Shown here: piece after piece, positions 42,890 through 52,506 of the stretch | Numbering within the stretch: the stretch's first letter is position 1 | How the letters are laid out: every line of letters begins with the position of its first letter | Assembly (NCBI GenBank): GCA_016177705.1 | Contig: JACOUT010000005.1 | Span: 286,374-350,373, forward strand | Source of the DNA: Deltaproteobacteria bacterium | GTDB taxonomy: Bacteria > Myxococcota > UBA727 > VGSZ01 | Length of the DNA stretch: 64,000 bases | Direction: 5' to 3' | Made by a program: the position numbers and the translations under genes | Notes under the pieces: model-generated | Told to the model about the DNA's origin: nothing | Seen by the model: the letters and a program-made list of their open reading frames with translations, nothing else | Database searches by the model: none

Positions 42890-43525
42890 ATGGTGCGCGC
42901 CGATCTGCAGCAGTCGCCCGAGCCGCACGATGGCACCGAGCAGCAGCTCAACCCGGTCGCCATCCCCACGCCGTCGCTGCGCTCTGCCGATCAGCACGAG
43001 CGGGTCCCGCAGCCGGTGCGGCTCAAGATCGCGGCGGTGCAGGGCGGCTTGCGGACGCACACCTGCCTGCAGTGCGGCCTCAACCCGGTGAGCGCGCCCG
43101 TGCCGCGCAAGTTCCTCTATGTGCCGCCCTGGGTCTACATCGGGCTCGCACTCAACGTCGTCATCCTGCTGATCCTCTACTTCGCCGGCCGCCAGGTCGT
43201 GCAGGGCTCGCTCAGCCTCTGTCCCGACTGCGATCGCGCCGACAAGCGCGGCCGCTTCTGGCGCGCTCTGTCGGTGCTCGGGCTGATCGTGTTTCCCATC
43301 GCCGGCCTGCTGCTCGGCGTGCCCGTCTCGGACGCTGCCATGGGCTTCGGCGCCGCCAGCGGGCTGGTCGCCGGCATAGCCGGCATGGTGGCGGCGGCGC
43401 GCAAGACGCGCGCTGATGTCGTCGTCTGCAAGAAGATCGACAAGAAGGCCGGCACGTTGGAGCTGATGGCGGCGCCCGAATTCGGCGACGTCATCAACCG
43501 CGAGGCGCCCGAGGCCCGCGCCTGA
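42890..43525 (+). CDS. Membrane protein with split zinc-ribbon (CxxC ... CxxC) and 3 predicted TM helices
   Basis: ...HTCLQCG...(TM WVYIGLALNVVILLILYFAG)...LSLCPDCDRADKRG...(TM ALSVLGLIVFPIAGLLLGV)... Confidence 0.4.
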   Translation: MVRADLQQSPEPHDGTEQQLNPVAIPTPSLRSADQHERVPQPVRLKIAAVQGGLRTHTCLQCGLNPVSAPVPRKFLYVPPWVYIGLALNVVILLILYFAGRQVVQGSLSLCPDCDRADKRGRFWRALSVLGLIVFPIAGLLLGVPVSDAAMGFGAASGLVAGIAGMVAAARKTRADVVVCKKIDKKAGTLELMAAPEFGDVINREAPEARA

Positions 43526-43614
43526 GCCAGCGGCGCCCTGCGGTAACGGTTCGGTAACGGCGGAACGATCCGCGACGCTCGACTGTCGACCTCTGCACCA
43601 ACGCGGAGGTCCCC

Positions 43615-44577
43615 ATGCTCGTGCTCCTCGCCCTGCTCGCGTCCCTCGAGCCCACTGCCGCAGCCGCCGGCGATCTCGCCTTCGGTGCGCCGCTCGTCTA
43701 CCAGAACATGACGCTGGTGCCCGTGACGACGGCGAGCCCAGGGCCGTTTCCGTCCTACACGCTGCTCGAGGAGGGGATCGCCGCCAAGACGATCCGGGTG
43801 CGCGAGCTGGCCGGTAGCGACCAGGGCGCGTCGGTCAACGAGGTGGAGATCAAGAACACCGGTCGGGAGCCGGTGTTTCTCTTGTCCGGTGAGATGATCC
43901 TCGGCGGCAAGCAGGACCGCATCCTGCAGAGCGACGCCATCATCCCGTCGAACGGTACGTGGACGCGCGTGCCCGTCTTCTGCGTCGAGCACGGGCGCTG
44001 GGCAGGGCAGCGCATGGAGTTCTCCTCGGGCGGAGCGCTCGCACACGGGCGCCTCGCGGAAGCCGCGCTCACCGGCGATCAATCGAAGGTGTGGGCCGAG
44101 GTGGCGCGCAAGAACGGCGTCGAGGGCACCGAGAACGCGACCGGCACCTATCGGCGCACGGTGCAAGACGCGAAGCTGCGCGAGCGCATCGCCCGGCACC
44201 GGAGCGCCATCAAGGCCATGCTGCCGCGCGGTCGCCTCGCGGGTTTCGTCTTCGCGATCAACGGCGAGGTGCGGGTCGCCGACCTGTTCGGCAACCCGGT
44301 GCTGCTCGACGAGCTGGCCGACAAGTTGATCTCGGCCTACGTGCTCGAGGCGCTCGAGGAGCACACCGACGCGTCGGCGCCGCCGATGTCCACCGCGGCG
44401 GCGGCGCAGTTCGTCTCCTCGGGGCAGAAGGCCGCCACCAAGCGCGAGGTCACGGTGGGCGCCTCCGCCAACACCGTCAAAGAGAGCGACGAGATCATCG
44501 CCAACGAGTCGAAGGACCTCGGCAACGGCGGCCTCGGCACGCGCAGCACCTACGTCGCCAAGAAGAAGAAGAAGTAG
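43615..44577 (+). CDS. Secreted hypothetical protein with poly-Lys C-terminus
   Basis: Signal MLVLLALLASLEPTAAAAG; conserved-looking core ...VFLLSGEMILGGKQDRILQSD...VPVFCVEHGRW...; ends ...TYVAKKKKK. AGGTCC 5 nt before the ATG. Confidence 0.45.
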   Translation: MLVLLALLASLEPTAAAAGDLAFGAPLVYQNMTLVPVTTASPGPFPSYTLLEEGIAAKTIRVRELAGSDQGASVNEVEIKNTGREPVFLLSGEMILGGKQDRILQSDAIIPSNGTWTRVPVFCVEHGRWAGQRMEFSSGGALAHGRLAEAALTGDQSKVWAEVARKNGVEGTENATGTYRRTVQDAKLRERIARHRSAIKAMLPRGRLAGFVFAINGEVRVADLFGNPVLLDELADKLISAYVLEALEEHTDASAPPMSTAAAAQFVSSGQKAATKREVTVGASANTVKESDEIIANESKDLGNGGLGTRSTYVAKKKKK

Positions 44578-44666
44578 CGGCGGCGCGGGCGGCGTCCATG
44601 TAGGCGCCGCTCGCTCCACCGCTCGCCTGACGGCCGGCCGCGTCGGCGCCGGCGATACTGCTGTCG

Positions 44667-46007
44667 ATGAGCCGACCTCCCCGCACTACGCTCGCCGCCG
44701 CTGCGCTCGCGGGCGTCGGAGTCGCAGCGGGACTGGTCGTCGGCTGCGCGCCGGATGTCTTCACGCCCTGCAACAGCGACGACGACTGCACGCGCCGCGA
44801 GCTGTGCGTCGACGGCTTGTGCGGCGCGATCGGTGAATCGCCCCGGCCCGGCGGCGCGCTCGCGCGTCGCCCGTCCGCGCGCGGCGACCTGGTGGTCGAG
44901 GTAGTCGATCCGGTCGGAGAACAGGAGCCGCCCGCCGAGCCGCCACAAGCGCCCAACCCCGATCCCGAGCCCGACCCGACGGGCGACTGGATCGATCCGG
45001 GCTTGCTGCACCGCGCCGTCGTCACCATCCAGGGCATCGCGGGCGTGCAGCAGGACAGCGTCGTCGATCTGCCGGTGTTGGTCGCGCTCGACGCCGCCGA
45101 CGTTGGGGCCGACTTCCTGGCAGCCGCGCGCCAGCGCGTGCTGTTCACCACGCTCGACGGCACGCCGCTCGCGGCCGAGCTCGACAGCGACCGCGGCTAC
45201 CAGCTCTTTTATTGGGTGAAGCACACCTTCGATCCGCGCGCCGAACTGGCGGTACCCGAGCGCTTCTACGTGTACGCGGGAGGCGAGACGGCGCTACCGA
45301 CACCGGAGTCCCCCACGGTCTGGTCGACGTACTTCGGCGTCTACCACATGGGAGCCGCTCGCAACTTGCTGCAGCCCGACAGCGTCGGCGCGCGCGCCGG
45401 TGACAACGAGGGCGCCGAGGCGGAGACGGTGCCGTGCACCGTCGGCGACTGCCTATTCTTCGATGGCCTCGACGATCGCATGGTGGTGCCGAGCGCGTTC
45501 CCCGAGCTGGCGGGCGCTGCTGCGGCGACCCTGTCGGCGACGGTGCGGCTCACCGAGATCAGCGACTCCTTCATCGCCGTGTGGAGCACGCCCGACCGGA
45601 ACCGCAGCCGCTTCTTCCTCGGCACCGACGGCAACGGCGTGCCGCAGGCGGCGGTGCGCACCAACGACCTCGCGCCCACGCTGCAAGTCGCGGACGGCGG
45701 GCCGCCGCTCGCGGTCGGCGTGGAGCACCGGCTCGACGCCGTGCTCGACATGGTCGCCGGCACCGTCGCGCTCTTCGTCGACGGCCAGCACCGCGCCACC
45801 GACGCCTTCGCCACCACGGGAGCGTTGCCGGCTACCGTGAGCGCGGAGGCGGCGGTGGGTGCGGCGTCGGGGCTGGCGGTGGTCGACGAGCTCGACGGGC
45901 GAGTGGACGAGGTGCGCATCGCGACGGTGGCGCGCAGCGCCGACTACCTCAAGGTCGACGCCGCCTCCCGCGCCGGACAGCTCACGGTGGTCATGCCCGA
46001 GCCGTGA
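44667..46007 (+). CDS. Lipoprotein with Cys-rich N-terminus and concanavalin/LamG-like C-terminal domain (tentative)
   Basis: ...LAGVGVAAGLVVGCAP (lipobox), CNSDDDCTRRELCVDGLCG, then a ~250-aa beta-rich region (...GRVDEVRIATVARSADY...) resembling LamG/DUF2341-type jelly rolls; domain call is tentative. Confidence 0.4.
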   Translation: MSRPPRTTLAAAALAGVGVAAGLVVGCAPDVFTPCNSDDDCTRRELCVDGLCGAIGESPRPGGALARRPSARGDLVVEVVDPVGEQEPPAEPPQAPNPDPEPDPTGDWIDPGLLHRAVVTIQGIAGVQQDSVVDLPVLVALDAADVGADFLAAARQRVLFTTLDGTPLAAELDSDRGYQLFYWVKHTFDPRAELAVPERFYVYAGGETALPTPESPTVWSTYFGVYHMGAARNLLQPDSVGARAGDNEGAEAETVPCTVGDCLFFDGLDDRMVVPSAFPELAGAAAATLSATVRLTEISDSFIAVWSTPDRNRSRFFLGTDGNGVPQAAVRTNDLAPTLQVADGGPPLAVGVEHRLDAVLDMVAGTVALFVDGQHRATDAFATTGALPATVSAEAAVGAASGLAVVDELDGRVDEVRIATVARSADYLKVDAASRAGQLTVVMPEP

Positions 46008-46153
46008 CGCGTCGAGTCGAGCATCTTTCCTGAGCGGGTTCGCGGTGATCCGTCGAAAAGAACGCCGGTGCGCACCTACGCGACATCTGCTCCGAAAACC
46101 TACACATCGGTGGGGCAACACCGGTGCCGTCGAGCACCTCGGAGGATCACGCC

Positions 46154-46285
46154 GTGGACGAGACGCTCACGACCGACGAAGTGTGGCGCATGGTGAACGA
46201 GATCCTGGCCGAGTTCGGCCTGCCCGCCGCGCGGCGCCCGAAGGACCGCTCCATCGAAGCGGAGCCCGTGGTCGAGGTCGGCTGA
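46154..46285 (+). CDS. Possible small ORF (43 aa), hypothetical
   Basis: GGAGG 8 nt upstream of a GTG; VDETLTTDEVWRMVNEILAEFGLPAARRPKDRSIEAEPVVEVG; sits in a 290-nt gap; not in the ORF track. Confidence 0.2.
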   Translation: MDETLTTDEVWRMVNEILAEFGLPAARRPKDRSIEAEPVVEVG

Positions 46286-46297
46286 CGCCGCGCTCTG

Positions 46298-47287
46298 CTA
46301 GCGGCCGCGCGCGGCCAGTGCTCGCGGCCGCGCCTCGTAGCTGACGATGACGTCGGCGCCCGCGCGGCGGATCGAGAGCAGCGTCTCCTCCATGGCGCGC
46401 GCGTAGTCGAGCAAACCGTTCTCCGCCGCCGCCACCAACATGGCCCGTTCGCCCGACACCTGGTACGCGAAGATCGGCAGGTCGCTCGCCTCGCGGACGT
46501 CGCGGATAACGTCGAGGTTGGTGAGCGCGGGCTTGACCAGCAACGCATCGGCGCCCTCGGCCTCGTCGAGCACCCACTCACGGCGCGCCTCGCGGCGGTT
46601 GCCGGCCGGCATCTGGTAGCTCTTGCGATCGCCAAACTGCGGCGCCGAGTGCGCGGCGTCGCGGAACGGGCCGTAGAAAGCGCTCGCCATCTTGACCGCG
46701 TAGGACAGCACGCCGACGTCGTGGAGGCGCGCCTCGTCGAGAGCGCCGCGGATGGCGGCGACACGGCCGTCCATCATGTCGCTCGGCGACACGAAGTCGA
46801 TACCGTAGCTGCCGAGCAGCACCGCCATCTTGGCGAGCACCGCCAGGCTCTCGTCGTTGGCGATGACCTGGTCGCGCACGATGCCGCAGTGGCCGTGCGC
46901 GGTGAACGAGCACAGGCAGACGTCGGCGAACAGCACCAGCTCGGGGAAGCGCTGGCGCAGGGCCTCAGTGGCCTTGCGCGTGGGCACGAGCTGCGCCTCG
47001 AGCTTGCTGCCGTCGTCGCACTTCTCGTCGGGCACGCCGAACAGCATGACGCCGCCCACACCCGCGTCGACCAGGAGCGCCACCTCGTCGGCCAGCCGAT
47101 CGGCGGTCACCTGCCACAGGCCGGAGTTGGGCGCGCTTTCGCGCAGGACGCCGCTGCCCGGCACTATGAAGTAGGGCATCACCAGGTTGCGCAGCTCGAC
47201 GGTGGTCTCGGCAAACAGGCGGCGCACCTGCGCGTTCCTGCGCAGGCGACGCATGCGAATGGCGGGACCGGTGATGGGCGTCTTCAT
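46298..47287 (-). CDS. hemB: Porphobilinogen synthase (delta-aminolevulinate dehydratase)
   Basis: ...SPSDMMDGRVAAIR..., ...VKPALTNLDVIRDV...; the ATG at 47287 (M198 of track ORF 46298..47878) has GGAGG upstream. Confidence 0.9.
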   Translation of the reverse strand: MKTPITGPAIRMRRLRRNAQVRRLFAETTVELRNLVMPYFIVPGSGVLRESAPNSGLWQVTADRLADEVALLVDAGVGGVMLFGVPDEKCDDGSKLEAQLVPTRKATEALRQRFPELVLFADVCLCSFTAHGHCGIVRDQVIANDESLAVLAKMAVLLGSYGIDFVSPSDMMDGRVAAIRGALDEARLHDVGVLSYAVKMASAFYGPFRDAAHSAPQFGDRKSYQMPAGNRREARREWVLDEAEGADALLVKPALTNLDVIRDVREASDLPIFAYQVSGERAMLVAAAENGLLDYARAMEETLLSIRRAGADVIVSYEARPRALAARGR

Positions 47288-48042
47288 GGTGGAGCCTCCG
47301 GCAGCGAGGGGGTCAAGGTGGACAAGAACTCGGCGAGATCGGCGCCGCGCGGCACCAGCGTCGCCGAGCGACGCGCGACGTGCTCGAGGGCGTGCGCCGT
47401 CGAGGCGCCGACGCAGACCATGGTCGCGGGCAACGCTACACCGGTCCGGCCGGCGGCGGCGACCAGCGCGTTGACCGCCGACGGCGAGAAAAACAACAGC
47501 GCCGCGTCGGGTTCGAGATCGCGCAGCGCGTCGTCGAGCCCGGTGGGGGCACGGGTGGCGTAGGCCACCGCGGGTTTCACGTCGGCCACGCGCGCGAGCG
47601 TCGCGAGCGCGGCGGCGTGCTCGTCGCTCTCGTCGCCGACGTCGCTGGTGGGGTAGAGCACCCAAGGCCGTGGGCCCGCGCGCACAGCGTCCGCCACGGC
47701 CGCAGCGAGCGCGACGACGCCACCGGTGGCGCGCACCGCGACGGGCACGCCCGCATCGTCGAGCAGGCGCGCGGTGGCGGGCGCGGTCGCTGCGCACGAG
47801 AGCGCGGCCGATGCTGCGGCTGCTCGCAGCGCCGGCCACCGCTCGATCACCAGACGGGCTGCGAAGGGGCTGGTGCATAGAAGCAGCGTGGCGCGGTCCC
47901 CGGGAGGCGTCAGCTCGGCAGGCCAGGCCAGGGCCTCGCGCGCGATGCAGGGCAGCGCGCGCGCGCGCAGCCCACGCTCGCGCAGCGCCTGCACGGTTTG
48001 CTCGGCGTCACGTTGCTCGCGTGTCACGATCCACGTGGCCAC
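47284..48042 (-). CDS. hemD: Uroporphyrinogen-III synthase (tentative)
   Basis: 252 aa, two-lobe alpha/beta HemD-like size; the ATGA overlap places it immediately upstream of hemB in the heme cluster. Sequence motifs are weak; context-based call. Confidence 0.5.
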   Translation of the reverse strand: MATWIVTREQRDAEQTVQALRERGLRARALPCIAREALAWPAELTPPGDRATLLLCTSPFAARLVIERWPALRAAAASAALSCAATAPATARLLDDAGVPVAVRATGGVVALAAAVADAVRAGPRPWVLYPTSDVGDESDEHAAALATLARVADVKPAVAYATRAPTGLDDALRDLEPDAALLFFSPSAVNALVAAAGRTGVALPATMVCVGASTAHALEHVARRSATLVPRGADLAEFLSTLTPSLPEAPP

Positions 48043-48131
48043 GCGGGCAGCGTGCCTCCTTGAGCGCCAGAGGGGAACGTGTATGACACAACTGTGACCG
48101 ACGGGGCGGCCCTTCGCGGCACGATGTTGGC
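48043..48131. promoter_or_regulatory. Divergent promoter region between hemD-hemB (-) and hemE-hemA-hemC-hemL (+)
   Basis: 89-nt gap with a locally lower-GC patch (aacgtgtatgacacaactgtgaccg); no consensus elements confidently assigned. Confidence 0.3.
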
Positions 48132-49193
48132 ATGGCTTCGCTGATGACCTCGCGCGACCGTTTCCTTGCTGCTTTCGCGGGTGCGCCGCTCGATCGGCCG
48201 CCCCTGTGGCTGATGCGCCAAGCGGGGCGCTACCTGCCCGACTACCGCGCGGTGCGCGCGCAGCACGGCTTCTGGGAGGTGTGCAAGACGCCAGCGCTGG
48301 CGACGCGCGTGGCGCTCGAGCCGCTCGCGCTGTTCCCGCTCGACGCCGCCATCGTGTTCTCGGACATCCTGACGGTGCCGGACGCGCTCGGCCTCGACGT
48401 CACCTTCGGCACCGGCGATGGGCCGCGCGTCGGGCGCCCGCTCAAGAGCGCCGCCGACCTCGAGCAGTGGGACGTCGCGGGCGCGCCCGCCAAGCTCGCC
48501 TTCGCCGCCGACGCCGTCACCGACCTGCGGCGCGCCATCGGCGAGCGCGCGCTGCTCGGCTTCTGCGGCTCGCCCTGGACGCTCTTGTGCTACGCCGCCG
48601 AGGGGCAGGGCTCCGACGACTTCCGCGCCGCGCGCACCTTGCTGCTCAAGGACCCCGCGCTCGCGCGCCGCGCCATGGAGGCGTTCGCCGACGTCGCTGC
48701 CGGCCTGTTGCGCGCGCAGCTCGCCGCCGGCGCCGACGCGGTGCAGATCTTCGACACCTGGGGCGGCCTGTTGCCCCGTGAGCTCTATCGCGCGCACGTG
48801 GTGCCGATGATCCGGCGCATCGTCGAGCAGTTGCCGTCGTCGTCGGCCGGGCCCGCGCGCTCCATCCTGTTCGTGCGCGGCGGCCAGCACCTCTTGCCCG
48901 TGCTCGGCGAGTCCGGCGTCGCCGGCCTGTCGCTCGACTGGCGCACGCCCTGGCGCGAGGCGCGCGCGCTGTATCCGCGCTTGGTGCTGCAAGGCAACGT
49001 CGACCCGATCACGCTGCTCGCCGGCCCCGACGCCGCCGCCGCCGAGGCGCGCGCGCTGGTCGCCGACATGCGCGCCGACGACGGTGGGCGCCGCTGCATC
49101 GCCAACCTGGGCCACGGCATCCTGCCCCCGACCACCGTCGAGTCGGTGGCGGCGCTGTGCCGCGCGGTGACGGAGGTGCAGTGGTCGTCGTGA
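48132..49193 (+). CDS. hemE: Uroporphyrinogen decarboxylase
   Basis: ...RPPLWLMRQAGRYLPDYRAVR... (URO-D signature 1), ...GSPWTLLCY... Confidence 0.9.
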   Translation: MASLMTSRDRFLAAFAGAPLDRPPLWLMRQAGRYLPDYRAVRAQHGFWEVCKTPALATRVALEPLALFPLDAAIVFSDILTVPDALGLDVTFGTGDGPRVGRPLKSAADLEQWDVAGAPAKLAFAADAVTDLRRAIGERALLGFCGSPWTLLCYAAEGQGSDDFRAARTLLLKDPALARRAMEAFADVAAGLLRAQLAAGADAVQIFDTWGGLLPRELYRAHVVPMIRRIVEQLPSSSAGPARSILFVRGGQHLLPVLGESGVAGLSLDWRTPWREARALYPRLVLQGNVDPITLLAGPDAAAAEARALVADMRADDGGRRCIANLGHGILPPTTVESVAALCRAVTEVQWSS

Positions 49194-50269
49194 ACCAGGA
49201 GCGCGGCGCGCTCGCGGTGCTCGGTGCCAGCTACCGCGACGCCACCACCGAGCAGCGCGCGGCGCTGGCGGCGCTCGAGCGCGGCGACGACGCGCCCTCG
49301 CGCGCGCTGGTGCGCGGCGGCTACGCCGACGGCGTGGTGGTGCTGCAGACCTGCTCACGCGTCGAGTGGATCATCTCGACCACGCGGCCGCGCTGGGTGG
49401 CCGATCTGCTCAGGGGGCAGGTGATGGGCAGGGCACCAGCCACGCGCCTGCATCAACGCACCAACGCGGCGGCCGTGCACTACCTGTTGCGCGTCGCCAT
49501 GGGGCTCGATTCCGTCGCCGAGGGTGAGCCGGCGGTGGGCCGGCAGATGGTGATCGCGCTCGAGCGCGCGCACAAGGACGGCACCGCCGATCGCACGCTG
49601 CGCTTGTTGTGGCGCGCCGTGCAGCGCCTGGTGGGCGAGCGCCGACGCCGCGGCATCGTGCAGCAGGGGCTCGGCGTGCAGACGCTGGTGGTCGAGGAGC
49701 TGGCCGCGCGCGGCGTCGACCAGGGCGCCTCGGTCGTGCTCATCGGACAAGGTGAGATCGGGCGCGCCACGCTGGCCGCGCTGCACGAGGCCGGCTACCG
49801 CGCCGCGCTCGCGTTCGGCCGCATCGGCTACGGCGAGGCGATGGGGCGCGCCAAGGAGGCGCGCGCGGTGGTGGTGTGCACCGGCGCGCCCGCGCCCTGG
49901 GTGACGCTGCCCGAACGAAGCGACGAACCGTTGGTGGTCGACGTTGGCGTGCCCGCACAGCTCGCCGGCGCGACAGGTTGGCGCTCGGTCGGCCTCGAGG
50001 ACCTGTTGAGTCGCCCGCGCCGCCTGCTCGACGACGAGGCGCGCTCGTGGCTGGTGGAGCTGGTGCGCGACGGTGCGGCGCGCTTCGGCCACGATCACGA
50101 CGGCCGCGCGCTCTCGGCCATCGATGAGGAGCGGCGCGTGTTCCTGCATCAGACCTTGCCGCCGCTGCTCGAACGCTTGTCGCCCGGCGACGCCGAGGAG
50201 CTGCGCCGCGCCTGCTCGCTGTTTGCGCACACCATCATCGAGCGTGTGCGCGGTGAGGAGGGCGGATGA
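49190..50269 (+). CDS. hemA: Glutamyl-tRNA reductase
   Basis: ...LGASYRDATTEQRAAL..., ...DSVAEGEPAVGRQM..., NAD(P) Rossmann VVLIGQGEIGRA. GTG start at 49181-49190 overlapping the hemE stop, with GGAGG at 49172-49176. Confidence 0.75.
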   Translation: MNQERGALAVLGASYRDATTEQRAALAALERGDDAPSRALVRGGYADGVVVLQTCSRVEWIISTTRPRWVADLLRGQVMGRAPATRLHQRTNAAAVHYLLRVAMGLDSVAEGEPAVGRQMVIALERAHKDGTADRTLRLLWRAVQRLVGERRRRGIVQQGLGVQTLVVEELAARGVDQGASVVLIGQGEIGRATLAALHEAGYRAALAFGRIGYGEAMGRAKEARAVVVCTGAPAPWVTLPERSDEPLVVDVGVPAQLAGATGWRSVGLEDLLSRPRRLLDDEARSWLVELVRDGAARFGHDHDGRALSAIDEERRVFLHQTLPPLLERLSPGDAEELRRACSLFAHTIIERVRGEEGG

Positions 50270-51216
50270 GTCGGCGCTTCGTGGTGGGCACGCGCGGCAG
50301 CGCGCTGGCGCGCTGGCAGACCGATCACGTGAACCAGCGGCTGCGCGAGAGCGCCGTGGGCGAGGTGCCGGACGTCGAGGTGAGGGTCATCACGACGCAA
50401 GGCGACGTCAACCTGGCCGACCGCCTGGCGGGCACCCTCGAGAAGGGCTTCTTCACCGCCGAGCTCGAAGCCGCGCTGCACGCGCGCGAGATCGACTGGG
50501 CGGTGCATTCGCTCAAGGACCTGCCGACGCGCATGCCGGCCGGCTTGACGTTGGTGGCCGTGCTGACACGCGCCTCGCCCGCCGACCTGCTCGTGGTCGC
50601 GGAGGCTGCCTTCGACGCCGCCGCCACCCGCCCCGATCGCTTGCCGCTGAAGGCCGGTGCCAAGGTCGGCACCTCGTCGTTGCGGCGCGACGCCATGCTC
50701 AAGACCTTCGCGCCCGAGTGCTCGTCCTTGCCGTTGCGCGGCAACGTGCCCACGCGCGTCGACAAGCTGCGCGCCGGCAAGTACGACGCCATCGTGCTCG
50801 CCGAGGCGGGGCTCTCCCGGCTCGGTCTTTCGCTCGACGGGCTGCACGTGGTGCGGCTCGATCCGCGGGCGTGGCAACCGGCGCCCGGTCAGGGGGCGGT
50901 GGCGGTGCAAGCGCGCGCGGGCGACGACGCCGTGCGTGCATTGTTCGCGCCCATCGACCACGAAGAGACGCGCGCCGCCACCGCGCTCGAGCGGGCCTTC
51001 TTGCGCGAGCTCGAGGGCGGCTGCACCACGCCCTTTGGCGCCTTCGCCGACGCCAATCGCGTCCACCTCGGCATCGTGCGCCCCAAGGGTTGGGTGTCGC
51101 TGGTCGCCCAGGTCGACGGCGAGCACCAGATCGCGGACGTGCTCGTTGAGCTCAACGGACAACAGGAGCCTCGCCATGACCTCACCCCCAACCACCCCCT
51201 CTGGCGCGCGCTCTGA
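50266..51216 (+). CDS. hemC: Hydroxymethylbilane synthase (porphobilinogen deaminase)
   Basis: VVGTRGSALARWQTDHV..., ...VHSLKDLP...; the ATG overlaps the hemA stop (ATGA). Confidence 0.85.
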   Translation: MSRRFVVGTRGSALARWQTDHVNQRLRESAVGEVPDVEVRVITTQGDVNLADRLAGTLEKGFFTAELEAALHAREIDWAVHSLKDLPTRMPAGLTLVAVLTRASPADLLVVAEAAFDAAATRPDRLPLKAGAKVGTSSLRRDAMLKTFAPECSSLPLRGNVPTRVDKLRAGKYDAIVLAEAGLSRLGLSLDGLHVVRLDPRAWQPAPGQGAVAVQARAGDDAVRALFAPIDHEETRAATALERAFLRELEGGCTTPFGAFADANRVHLGIVRPKGWVSLVAQVDGEHQIADVLVELNGQQEPRHDLTPNHPLWRAL

Positions 51217-52489
51217 GGCGCGCACCGGCGCCGCCTCGGCGTCGCTGTTCGCGCGCGCGCAGCGCGTCATCCCGGGAGGTGTCTCGAGCCCGGTGCGCGC
51301 CTTCAAGTCGGTCGGCGGCACGCCCGTGTTCTTCAAGCGCGGCGAGGGCGCCGAGGTCGTCGACGAGGACGGCAACCGCTACGTTGACTACTGCCTGGCG
51401 TGGGGCCCGCTCATCCTCGGCCACGCGCACCCCGCGGTGATCGAGGCGACGATCGCGGCCGCCAAGGACGGGCTCGCCTTCGGCACCTGCCATCGCCGCG
51501 AGGCGGAGCTGGCCGAGCTGGTGCTCGAGGCCTTCCCGTGGGCCGAGCGCGCCCGCTTCGTCGTCTCGGGCACGGAGGCGGTGCTGACGGCGGTGCGGCT
51601 AGCGCGCGCCCACACCGGCCGACGCCTACTGCTCAAGTTCTCCGGCTGCTACCACGGCCACGTCGATGCCTTGATGGTCAAGGCCGGCAGCGGCGTTGCC
51701 ACGCTCGGGCTCGCCGAAAGCGCGGGCGTCACTGAGACGGTGGCGCACGACACCGTGGTGGCGCCGCTCGCCGACGAGGGTGCGCTGCGCGAGGTCTTCG
51801 CCAAGTACGGCGCGCAGATCGCCGCGGCCATCCTCGAACCCTTGCCGGCCAATAACGGGCTGCTCGAGCAGACGACTAGCTGGCTTCGAACGCTGCGCGA
51901 GCTGACCAAAGCCTCGGGCAGCGTCCTTATCTTCGACGAGGTCATCACCGGCTTCCGCTTCGGTTTCCACGGCTACGGCAAGGTGGTCGACGTCGTCCCC
52001 GACTTGACCACGCTCGGAAAGATCATCGGTGGCGGCCTGCCGGTGGGCGGCGTCGTCGGTCCTGCGGCCATCCTCGACCAGCTCGCGCCGCTCGGGCCCG
52101 TGTATCAGGCGGGCACCATGGCCGGGAATCCGGTGGCGCTCGCAGCCGGCGTGGCGACATTGCGCGAGCTGCGCTCGGGCGCCGTGCACGCCCACGTCGC
52201 CGCGCTCGGTGAGCGCCTGTCATCGCGTGCCAAGGCGCGCGGCGTCACCGTGGCGCACGTCGGCAGCGTGTTTTGGCCCGTGCTCGACGGCGGCGCGGTG
52301 CCGAACCGCGCCGAGGACATCCGAGACGCGGCCGTGCAGGCGTTCAAGAGCCGCTATCGCGGCTGGCTCGATCGCGGCATCTACTTGCCGCCCTCGGCCT
52401 ACGAGGTCGGCTTCTTGTCGGCCGCACACAAGCCCGAGCACGTGGACGCGCTCGCGGACGCGCTCGGCGGTGTCGAGGGCAGGGGCTGA
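51176..52489 (+). CDS. hemL: Glutamate-1-semialdehyde 2,1-aminomutase
   Basis: ...RAQRVIPGGVSSPVRAFKSVGGTPVF..., class-III aminotransferase fold. The ATG at 51176 has AGGAGC upstream; it is M174 of track ORF 50657..52489, which overlaps hemC by 41 nt. Confidence 0.9.
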   Translation: MTSPPTTPSGARSEARTGAASASLFARAQRVIPGGVSSPVRAFKSVGGTPVFFKRGEGAEVVDEDGNRYVDYCLAWGPLILGHAHPAVIEATIAAAKDGLAFGTCHRREAELAELVLEAFPWAERARFVVSGTEAVLTAVRLARAHTGRRLLLKFSGCYHGHVDALMVKAGSGVATLGLAESAGVTETVAHDTVVAPLADEGALREVFAKYGAQIAAAILEPLPANNGLLEQTTSWLRTLRELTKASGSVLIFDEVITGFRFGFHGYGKVVDVVPDLTTLGKIIGGGLPVGGVVGPAAILDQLAPLGPVYQAGTMAGNPVALAAGVATLRELRSGAVHAHVAALGERLSSRAKARGVTVAHVGSVFWPVLDGGAVPNRAEDIRDAAVQAFKSRYRGWLDRGIYLPPSAYEVGFLSAAHKPEHVDALADALGGVEGRG

Positions 52490-52506
52490 CGGCCGGCGGA
52501 GGACGC

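Noticed and set aside
50657-51175. 173-codon N-terminal extension of the hemL ORF overlapping hemC
   Set aside because: HemL homology begins at the internal ATG (51176), which has an AGGAGC Shine-Dalgarno; the extension is out of character (Cys/Ser/Arg-rich) and overlaps hemC in another frame.
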